The notes under the pieces are model-generated. The model worked only from the letters and a program-made list of their open reading frames with translations. It ran no database searches and was not told the DNA's origin. The position numbers and the translations under genes are program-made. Source: Spirochaetaceae bacterium (GTDB taxonomy: Bacteria > Spirochaetota > Spirochaetia > DSM-2461). From it: DNA of 64,000 bases. The stretch's first letter is position 1. Every line of letters begins with the position of its first letter. Positions 40,640-48,350 of this stretch are shown in pieces. The stretch is taken from contig OZ245056.1 in the NCBI GenBank assembly GCA_965224705.1, positions 480,001 through 544,000 of the forward strand. Direction: 5' to 3'.

Positions 40640-42382
40640 TTATTCCTCACAATACAGGGACAAGTCCTTCCCCCTAAACCCAATGCCCAGAACCAACAAT
40701 TCCTTCGGATGCCATTTCTCCCTGACCCCCTCAAGGTATCCCTCCACCGCCTGGGCATAAGCGGCCTGGGCTAAGGTTTCCAATGCGGTATCAGCGGCAC
40801 TGTTTCCCTGCTTGAACTCGAACACAAAAGCCTTCTCGGCCTGAGCGGGATCGCTTCCCTTCCTGACCACCACAATGTCCGAACGGCCTCTCCCGTACTC
40901 CCGGTTACTGTCCACGGCATAGGCCGGACCAAGATAGGCCAGAAGCCCCAGTACAAGACCATGGTAGAAGTTTTCCCGTCTCTCCTCCTCGTCCCATGCG
41001 CTATCGTAATAACTGGCGAGGCCGAAGAGGATTCGCTTCAGGCTGCGTTCAATCAGTTGGGGATTGGCTTCTCTGATGCCGCTGATAAAGTCCGTAAAAT
41101 CCTCGTTGACGGACAGATCCTCCTTCAGCCAGCTCCGCACCACGGTTTCCCAGGCCGTCTCCACTTCTTTGTTGGGTATGGAGAGCCGCCAGCTGGTCCC
41201 CAGTTCTTCCTGCTGCATTTCGGAGGCCTTGAGGTAGCCGCTATGGAGGAGAAAACTCCATACCACATCCGGATCATTTTCTATCTGGGTGTAGGGAATG
41301 TTGGTTAAGAGCGGCTTGCGCACTTCCTCTTTCCGCAAAAGTTTTTCTGTTGTCATTTTAGCATCCCGGCGCTTTAGTTTGATGACGTCCTTGACGAGTC
41401 TGTTGTCGCTGGTGCTTATCCAATGCGGTTTCAGTCCTTCCTCGTGGGAGCTTAAGTAATTGACGATGCTCCAGGGATTGTAGATGACGGTGTCCCCGCC
41501 GAAGATGTATCCGTTGTACCATTCCTTGATTCCGTCCATTTTGTCTTCCAGACCGAAGTATGAGGTCATTTTTTCAAGTTCCAGCTCGGTAAATCCGAAG
41601 CAGTCCTTCATGGCCGGGGAAAGGATGGTGGAGACTCTGGGATTGTTGAAGTCGCTGAAGATGCTCTCCTGGGCGATTTTCAGTATGCCGATAAGCACAG
41701 CCTGTTTCAGGTGGGGGTTGTCCTTGAAGGTTTGCACCATGAAGCTGCGGATGAAGGCAATCATCTGATCGTAGTATTTGTCCACATGGGCCGAGTGCAG
41801 GGGCGTGTCGTACTCGTCCAGAAGGATGTAGGGCGGTTTGCCGTAGGCGCGATGGAGCCAGGCGGAGAGGGATTCAATGGATTGGGCACAGTCCTGATCC
41901 GTGCCGTTTCTGTTCAATATTCTGGAAAATAACTTTTCATCGGCTTCGTGCAGCATTCCGCAGCCATGCAGATATTCATGCCGCTGGTATTCTGCGGAAA
42001 GCATTTTCCTGATAATTTCCATGCACTCATTGAATGAAGCACCCTTGGCATCCTTAAAGCTCAAATGAATAACCGGATACTGCCCCATGAACTCGGCACA
42101 GCGCGGATGGGAGGCGATTGCAAGATCCTCAAAAAGGTAGGCGTTGGGAATGGTGAGTGATGAGTGGGAATCCTGGTGTTGGTGGGGTAGCGGGAGAACT
42201 TCCAGGAAGTAGCGGATCATGCTCAGGTTCAAGGTTTTGCCGAAGCGGCGGGGGCGGGTGATCAGATGGACTTCGTCGGAGTTTTCAATAAGATAACTGA
42301 CAAGATGGGTTTTATCGACAAAATAACAGTTTTCGTCGATGAATTTCTTAAAATCCGATATGCCCAGCCGCAACGTTTTCAT
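40640..42382 (-). CDS. AAA-ATPase-like + PD-(D/E)XK nuclease protein
   Basis: RPRRFGKT, LLDEYD, SNREYGRGRSD...FEFK. Confidence 0.9.
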   Translation of the reverse strand: MKTLRLGISDFKKFIDENCYFVDKTHLVSYLIENSDEVHLITRPRRFGKTLNLSMIRYFLEVLPLPHQHQDSHSSLTIPNAYLFEDLAIASHPRCAEFMGQYPVIHLSFKDAKGASFNECMEIIRKMLSAEYQRHEYLHGCGMLHEADEKLFSRILNRNGTDQDCAQSIESLSAWLHRAYGKPPYILLDEYDTPLHSAHVDKYYDQMIAFIRSFMVQTFKDNPHLKQAVLIGILKIAQESIFSDFNNPRVSTILSPAMKDCFGFTELELEKMTSYFGLEDKMDGIKEWYNGYIFGGDTVIYNPWSIVNYLSSHEEGLKPHWISTSDNRLVKDVIKLKRRDAKMTTEKLLRKEEVRKPLLTNIPYTQIENDPDVVWSFLLHSGYLKASEMQQEELGTSWRLSIPNKEVETAWETVVRSWLKEDLSVNEDFTDFISGIREANPQLIERSLKRILFGLASYYDSAWDEEERRENFYHGLVLGLLAYLGPAYAVDSNREYGRGRSDIVVVRKGSDPAQAEKAFVFEFKQGNSAADTALETLAQAAYAQAVEGYLEGVREKWHPKELLVLGIGFRGKDLSLYCEE

Positions 42383-42557
42383 GATTTTGAATTATAGCGG
42401 AATGCTATGGGGAATGGAAGCAATAACGGAAATTCGACATAAAAATGATCAATAACCCCTGCTCACTGAAAAAGGGGTGGAACGTCATGACTTAGTATGC
42501 ATTTGTTTTTACTGACTTAAACCCCGAAAGATTCACAATCATCAATCAGCAATCAAA

Positions 42558-44300
42558 TTATTCCTCACAATACAGGGACAAGTCCTTCCCCCTAAACCCA
42601 ATCCCCAGAACCAACAATTCCTTCGGATGCCATTTCTCCCTGACCCCGTCAAGGTATCCCTCCACCGCCTGGGCATAAGCGGTCTGGGCCAAGGCTTCCA
42701 GCGAGGTATCAGCAGAGGTGTTTCCCTGCTTAAACTCGAACACAAAAGCCTCTTCGGCCTGAGCGGGATCGCTTCCCTTCCTGACCACCACAATGTCCGA
42801 ACGGCCTCTCCCATACTCCCGGTTACTGTCCACGGCATAGGCCGGACCAAGATAGGCCAGAAGACCAAGTACAAGACCATGGTAGAAGTTTTCCCGTCTC
42901 TCCTCCTCGTCCCATGCGCTATCGTAATAACTGGCCAGGCCGAACAGAATTCGCTTCAGGCCGCGTTCAATCAGCCTGGGATTGGCTTCTCTGATGCCGC
43001 TGACAAAGTCCGTAAAATCCTCGTTGACGGAGAGATCCTCCTTCAGCCAACTTCGCACCACGGTCTCCCAGGCCGTCTCCACTTCTTTGTTGGGTATGGA
43101 GAGTCTCCAGCTAGTTCCCAGTTCTTCCTGGTGCATTTCGGAGGCCTTGAGGTAGCCGCTGTGGAGAAGAAAACTCCATACCACATCTGGGTCATCTTCT
43201 ATCTGGGTATAGGGAATGTTGGTTAAGAGGGACTTGCGTACTTCCTCTTTCCGCAGGAGTTTTTCTGTTGTCATCTTCGCATCTCGGCGCTTTAATTTGA
43301 TGACTTCCTTGACGAGTCTGTTGTCGCTGGTGCTTATCCAATGCGGTTTCAGTCCTTCCTCGTGGGAGCTTAAGTAATTGACGATGCTCCAGGGATTGTA
43401 GATGACGGTGTCCCCGCCGAAGATGTATCCGTTATACCATTCCTTGATTCCGTCCATTTTGTCTTCCAGACCGAAGTATGCGGCCATTTTTTCAACTTCC
43501 TCCTCGGTAAATCCGAAGCAGTCCTTCATGGCCGGGGAAAGGATGGTGGAGACTCTGGGATTGTTGAAGTCGCTGAAGATGCTCTCCTGGGCGATTTTCA
43601 GTATGCCGATGAGCACAGCCTGCTTCAGGTGGGGATTGTCCTTGAAGGTTTGCACCATGAAGCTGCGAATGAAGGCGATCATCTGATCGTAATACCTGTC
43701 AACATGGGCCGAATGCAGGGGTGTGTCGTACTCGTCCAGAAGGATGTATGGAGGTTTGCCGTAGGCGCGATGGAGCCAGGCGGAGAGGTATTCAATGGAT
43801 TGGGCACAGTCCTGATCCGTGCCGTTTCTGTTCAATATTCTGGAAAATAACTTTTCATCGGCTTCGTGCAGCATTCCGCAGCCATGCAGATACCCATGCC
43901 GCTGGTATTCCGCGGAAAGCATTTTCCTGATAATTTCCATGCACTCATTGAATGAAGCACCCTTGGCATCCTTAAAGCTCAAATGAATAACCGGATACTG
44001 CCCCATGAACTCGGCACAGCGCGGATGGGAGGCGATTGCAAGATCCTCAAAAAGGTAGGCGTTGGGAATGGTGAGTGATGAGTGGGAATCCTGGTGTTGG
44101 CGGGGTGGCGGGAGAGCTTCCAGGAAGCAGCGGATCATGCTTAAGTTTAAGGTTTTGCCGAAGCGGCGGGGGCGGGTGATAAGGTGCACCTTGCTTGGGT
44201 GGTCGATGAGATAGCCGATAAGAGAGGTTTTATCAACGAAATAGCAGTTCTCGTCGATGAATTCCTTGAAATCGGAGATTCCCAGTTCCAGATTTTTCAT
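42558..44300 (-). CDS. AAA-ATPase-like + PD-(D/E)XK nuclease protein (tandem paralogue)
   Basis: Near-identical to 40640-42382 except the N-terminus and upstream region; ATG start MKNLELG. Confidence 0.9.
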   Translation of the reverse strand: MKNLELGISDFKEFIDENCYFVDKTSLIGYLIDHPSKVHLITRPRRFGKTLNLSMIRCFLEALPPPRQHQDSHSSLTIPNAYLFEDLAIASHPRCAEFMGQYPVIHLSFKDAKGASFNECMEIIRKMLSAEYQRHGYLHGCGMLHEADEKLFSRILNRNGTDQDCAQSIEYLSAWLHRAYGKPPYILLDEYDTPLHSAHVDRYYDQMIAFIRSFMVQTFKDNPHLKQAVLIGILKIAQESIFSDFNNPRVSTILSPAMKDCFGFTEEEVEKMAAYFGLEDKMDGIKEWYNGYIFGGDTVIYNPWSIVNYLSSHEEGLKPHWISTSDNRLVKEVIKLKRRDAKMTTEKLLRKEEVRKSLLTNIPYTQIEDDPDVVWSFLLHSGYLKASEMHQEELGTSWRLSIPNKEVETAWETVVRSWLKEDLSVNEDFTDFVSGIREANPRLIERGLKRILFGLASYYDSAWDEEERRENFYHGLVLGLLAYLGPAYAVDSNREYGRGRSDIVVVRKGSDPAQAEEAFVFEFKQGNTSADTSLEALAQTAYAQAVEGYLDGVREKWHPKELLVLGIGFRGKDLSLYCEE

Positions 44301-44359
44301 GACGCTTTTCAATATAGCATGGTTTGGCCGCTTTATCTATACGGGTTTAGAACCGCCGG

Positions 44360-44600
44360 TTCCTTCGCCTGGGTATAAGCGGACTGGGCCAACGTTTCCA
44401 ATGTGGTATCAGCGGCACTGTTTCCCTGCTTGAACTCGAACACAAAAGCCTCTTCGGCCTGAGCGGGATCGCTTCCCTTCCTAACCACCACAATGTCCGA
44501 GCGGCCTCTCCCGTATTCCCGGTTGCTGTCCACGGCATAGACCGAAGAGGATTCGCTTCAGGCCGCGTTCAATCAGCTCAGCACCACGTTTTTCCAGGCC
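44360..44600 (-). pseudogene. Multiply deleted C-terminal fragment of AAA-PD-(D/E)XK gene
   Basis: DSNREYGRGRSDIVV...FEFKQG plus short stitched upstream pieces. Confidence 0.85.
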
Positions 44601-44660
44601 GTCGAGCGGATCCTACCACGTGTTACGCGGCGGCAGTTGGTTCGACAATCCGGAGGGCTT
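44597..44660 (+). pseudogene. Orphan DGR variable-repeat fragment (family A, 5' half)
   Basis: ggccgtcgagcggatcctaccacgtgttacgcggcggcagttggttcgacaatccggagggctt aligns to 39837-39900. Confidence 0.8.
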
Positions 44661-44861
44661 AGCTTATTGTAGAAAAACTAATGGGTTTGTCAATAGGAGA
44701 TTCTACGTTTTTAACCGCAGAGGACGCAGAGGGTTCAAGGTAATTATTGACCAATCTTTTTATTCCATATTTCTCTGCGTATCTCTGCGATCTCTGCGGT
44801 TTATACCTTAATTTATGGTTTTTTAACCGCAGAGGACGCTAAAGAGCGCAGAGTGTTCAAT

Positions 44862-44891
44862 TTGACATTCTCCCCTTAAGGACGCTAAAGT
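44862..44891 (+). promoter_or_regulatory. Promoter shared by both FGE target genes (copy at about 38968)
   Basis: TTGACA-18-TAAAGT, identical upstream of both genes. Confidence 0.55.
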
Positions 44892-44919
44892 CAGTCATCC
44901 AGACAAACAGGAGAAAAAA

Positions 44920-45927
44920 ATGAAAAAACTGAAAAGCCACCCAAAAAAATACATTCCCATAGCCATCCTGCTATTCCTGCCCCTGCTCAGTGCCGCCGAC
45001 AGCCGCCCGCTTAGCGCGAATGCCCGCCTCCGCCAGGCCCCGCCCGCTGTACCTGCCCGCAGTCCGGCGGAAAACGCTGACATAACACTGACCTCGTGGG
45101 AGGAATGGGAAGCGGAGGGAATGGTCTATGTGGAAGGCGGCAGCTTCCAGATGGGTAGTGATGCTGATTCGGATGAAAGCCCGGTGCACAGCGTAAGGGT
45201 GGAGTCGTTTTACATGAGCGAAACGGAAGTGACCCATCGCCAGTACCTGGAGTTTTTGAACGATGCCGGAGTGTCTGCCGCGGGCCGATTGAATGGCAGC
45301 GAGGTGATAGACATGGATGATGAAGATGTGGCCTTTAGCCATAACGGCAAGGAGTTTAGCTTTGCCGCATCGGAGTATGCGGATGACATTGACTGTCCGG
45401 TGATAGAGGTGACGTGGTACGGAGCCGTGGAATACAGCAACTGGCTGAGTGAGCAAGCTGGTCTACCGAAGGCCTATAGCATAAGCGGCACAAGTGTAAA
45501 CTGGAATCAGAATGCCGAAGGCTACCGTTTGCCGACGGAGGCCGAGTGGGAGTACGCGGCGCGTGGAGGGACCCAGTCGAATGGGTATAAGTATGCCGGG
45601 AGTAACAACGTAGACGAAGTAGGATGGTATTGGGATAATTCCGGGTCTAAGACCCATCCGGTTAAGGGTAAGAAGGCCAATGAGCTGGGATTGTATGACA
45701 TGAGCGGGAATGTGTGGGAATGGTGCTGGGACTGGTATGATTCGAATTACTATTCCAGTTCACCTGGGGCCAATCCCACAGGGCCGTCTTCGGGCTCGAC
45801 CCGGGTCCTTCGGGGCGGCAGCTGGTTCAACGGCCCGGGGGGCTTGCGGGTTGCCAGTCGCGGCAACGGCGGCCCTGGCGTCAGCGACATCGATAGCGGG
45901 TTCCGGCTGGCCTTGCCTGCAGATTGA
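44920..45927 (+). CDS. Secreted FGE-sulfatase/CLec-fold DGR target protein
   Basis: Signal peptide, RLPTEAEWEYAARGG, GNVWEW, C-terminal RGGSW...GFRL with NNC/NNT-rich codons; adjacent to HRDC and RT genes. Confidence 0.9.
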   Translation: MKKLKSHPKKYIPIAILLFLPLLSAADSRPLSANARLRQAPPAVPARSPAENADITLTSWEEWEAEGMVYVEGGSFQMGSDADSDESPVHSVRVESFYMSETEVTHRQYLEFLNDAGVSAAGRLNGSEVIDMDDEDVAFSHNGKEFSFAASEYADDIDCPVIEVTWYGAVEYSNWLSEQAGLPKAYSISGTSVNWNQNAEGYRLPTEAEWEYAARGGTQSNGYKYAGSNNVDEVGWYWDNSGSKTHPVKGKKANELGLYDMSGNVWEWCWDWYDSNYYSSSPGANPTGPSSGSTRVLRGGSWFNGPGGLRVASRGNGGPGVSDIDSGFRLALPAD

Positions 45928-45947
45928 AATCGTCCTCCAGCAGGGTA

Positions 45948-45968
45948 CTTGGGGCCGGAGGCCCCAAG
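45948..45968 (+). promoter_or_regulatory. Candidate DGR target-recognition hairpin
   Basis: cttggggcc-GGA-ggccccaag, 9-bp stem with 3-nt loop, 20 nt after the VR stop. Confidence 0.65.
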
Positions 45969-46184
45969 GTCCAGGGGTTGAGTTTCGGCTGCCGTCCGCT
46001 AAGGAGGGCTGAGGGACGAAGCCCGGAAGGCGGACTGCTGACGAAACGGCAGGGTTAAGGGGAAGTGTTTTCAGAGAAGTTTGGAAGGTTCCGTTAGGGT
46101 TTTTTGCCGCTTGCGGCAAAAAATATTTTTGGATATTCGGGATAATACTTACAGGATTAGCTCCTTTTAAGAAGAGGCGGAGAA

Positions 46185-46644
46185 ATGCTGCATTACAGAC
46201 TATTCAGTGTGCCCGTTAACGCACCTCAGGACGAAATGCGGGAGTTGAATAAATTTCTAAAGCGGCCACCGCATCATGCAGGTGGATAAAACTCTGGCAA
46301 CAGATGGCGGATCCAGCTTCTATGTGTTCTGCATCGCTTACGATGAAAAAAATCCCCAGCATAGTGCGAGTACCAGGAATGCTGTGGATTATAAGGAAGT
46401 TTTGAACGATGAAGATTTTGCTGTGTTCAGCAAGCTGCGGGAGCTGCGGAAGGAATGCGCCGAGCAATTCGGCAGGCCTGTGTATGCTGTGTTCACCAAT
46501 GAACAACTGGCTAAAATGGTCACTGGAAAGGTGTATAAGCCTGCGGATATGCGAAAAATCGACGGCATAGGAGATTCCAAAATGGCCGACTATTCAAAGC
46601 GATTCCTGGATTTTCTCCAGTCCGTATACAGCCTGGAATCATGA
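46185..46644 (+). pseudogene. HRDC-domain DGR accessory protein, +1 frameshift
   Basis: MLHYRLFSVPV...ELNKFL then an extra A near 46260, continuing SGHRIMQVDK...LRELRKECAEQFGRPVYAVFTNEQLAKM...IDGIG; stop overlaps the RT ATG. Confidence 0.8.
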
Positions 46645-47537
46645 AGCGGGCGGGAAATCTCTATTCCCGGATATACTCCTGGGACAATCTCCTTTTGGCC
46701 TTCTACAAGGCCCAGAGAGGCAAAAAAAGAAGGCCGGATATATAGGGCACCTCTAAAAAACACCCATTCCGTTTCTGGCTTGATCTTTACCACTGCTACT
46801 GCGTTGCCAAAATGCTCACGTAGCTTAGGCTACGCTCCGCTTTTGTCGCCTTGTATCAGTGAAAAATCTCTGCGCCAGATTCCGAAAGCGGGTTTTTTAG
46901 AGGTGCCTTACAGTTATATAGAATGCGTCTTACCGAGAACTTGAAGAAACTGCAGGAAGGTCTTATTGGGGAATGTGTGGATGTCGGTCACTACCGCTAT
47001 TTTTTAATCCAGGATCCGAAAGAGCGCACAATCTGCGCGGCACTCTTTCCCGAGCGGGTGCTGCATCATGCCGTAATGAATGTAACCGAGCCGTATTTCG
47101 AAAGGAAAATGATTTTCGATACCTATGCTTGCCGAAGGGACAAAGGAACAGACAAAGCTGTTGAACGAGCCTTTGACTTTACCCGAAAGTCTTTTTGGTT
47201 TCTGAAACTTGATATTCGCAAGTACTTCGATTCCATCAGTCATTCTGTTCTGCTTGAAATCCTGCGCACTGTGTTCAAAGATGGCCAGCTGCTTGACTTG
47301 TTCCAGCAGATAATTGAAACTTACCAGAAGACTCCCGGGAAGGGAGTCCCCATCGGTAATCTTACCAGCCAGTACTTTGCCAATCTGTATCTGTCGGGCT
47401 TTGACCACTTCATAAAGGATACTCTGGGAATCAAGCGCTATGTTCGCTATATGGACGACATGTGCTTGTGGGGAAACAATAAATTGGTCTATGCTATGAT
47501 TCCTGTGAAAGCAGCGATACCTGGAAGCCTTGAATAA
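46641..47537 (+). pseudogene. DGR-type reverse transcriptase, MITE-interrupted and C-terminally truncated
   Basis: MKRAGNLYSRIYSWDNLLLAFYKAQRGK, PKER, ERVLHHA, YACRRDKGT, LKLDIRKYFDSI, GVPIGNLTSQYFANLYL, YVRYMDD; homology ends shortly after YMDD. Confidence 0.9.
46743..46910. mobile_element. MITE family C inserted in the RT gene
   Basis: TIR gggcacctctaaaaaac / gttttttagaggtgcct with TA flanks. The core is shared with family A; related ends at about 52900-52919 and 53705-53750. Confidence 0.88.
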
Positions 47538-47589
47538 TCTCCGTGAACTCCGTGCCTCTATGAGAGATTTTCTGAAAACTCCAGCCGGA

Positions 47590-48172
47590 TTATGCCTCGC
47601 AATACAGAGACAATTCCTTCCCCCGGAAACCAATCCCCAGAACCAACAATTCCTTCGGATGCCATTTCTCCCTGACTCCCTCAAGGTATCCCCCCACCGC
47701 CTGGGCATAAGCGGCCTGGGCCAGCACTTCCAGTGAAGTATCAGCGGCACTGTTGCCCTGCTTGAACTCGAACACAAAAGCCTCCTCGTCCTGCGCGCTA
47801 TCGTAATAACTGGCCAGGCCGAAGAGGATTCGCTTCAGGCCGCGTTCAATCAGCCTGGGGTTGGCTTCTCTGATGCCACTGACAAAGTCCGTAAAATCCT
47901 TGTTTACTGACAGATCCTCCTTCAGCCAGCTCAGCACCACAGTCTCCCAGGCCGTCTCCACTTCCAGGTTGGGAATGGAGAGCCGCCATGTTATATGCGT
48001 GTGTTCCTGCTGCCTCTCGGAGGCCTTGAGATAACCGCTGTGGAGAAGGAAGCTCCATACCACATCCGGATCATTTTCTATCTGGGTGTAGGGAATGTTG
48101 GTTAAGAGCGGCTTGCGCACTTTCTCTCTTCGCAGGAGTTTTTCCGTTGTGATTTTTGCATCCCGGCGCTTT
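47590..48172 (-). pseudogene. 5'-truncated, internally deleted AAA-PD-(D/E)XK fragment
   Basis: Starts at LKRRDAK next to a MITE end (about 48176); the ENFYHG...GRSD segment is deleted. Confidence 0.85.
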
Positions 48173-48350
48173 AAAGGGCAATCGCATCTCATTCTATCCC
48201 CAAAAAATAAAAAAGCACTGATTCTGGGGGAGCAATACCCACCTTGAACCCTCTGTGCTCTTTAGCGTCCTCTGCGGTTAAAAACGTAGAATCTCCTATT
48301 GACAAACCCATTAGTTTTTCTACAGTAAGGTAAGCACTTCGGAGGTAGAT

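Noticed and set aside
44597..44660. Fragment as the TR
   Set aside because: Variable codons are ttc/gac/tta rather than AAC/AAT, so it is a VR-type allele
46645..46922. Possible template repeat between HRDC and the called RT ORF
   Set aside because: It is the RT 5' coding sequence plus a MITE; no similarity to either VR
46923..47537. RT as a group II intron, retron or CRISPR-associated RT
   Set aside because: YMDD with GNLTSQ, the MKR.GNLY N-terminus, and adjacent HRDC and FGE genes fit a DGR. There is no maturase domain, and it is 13 kb from the array with no cas1 link visible.
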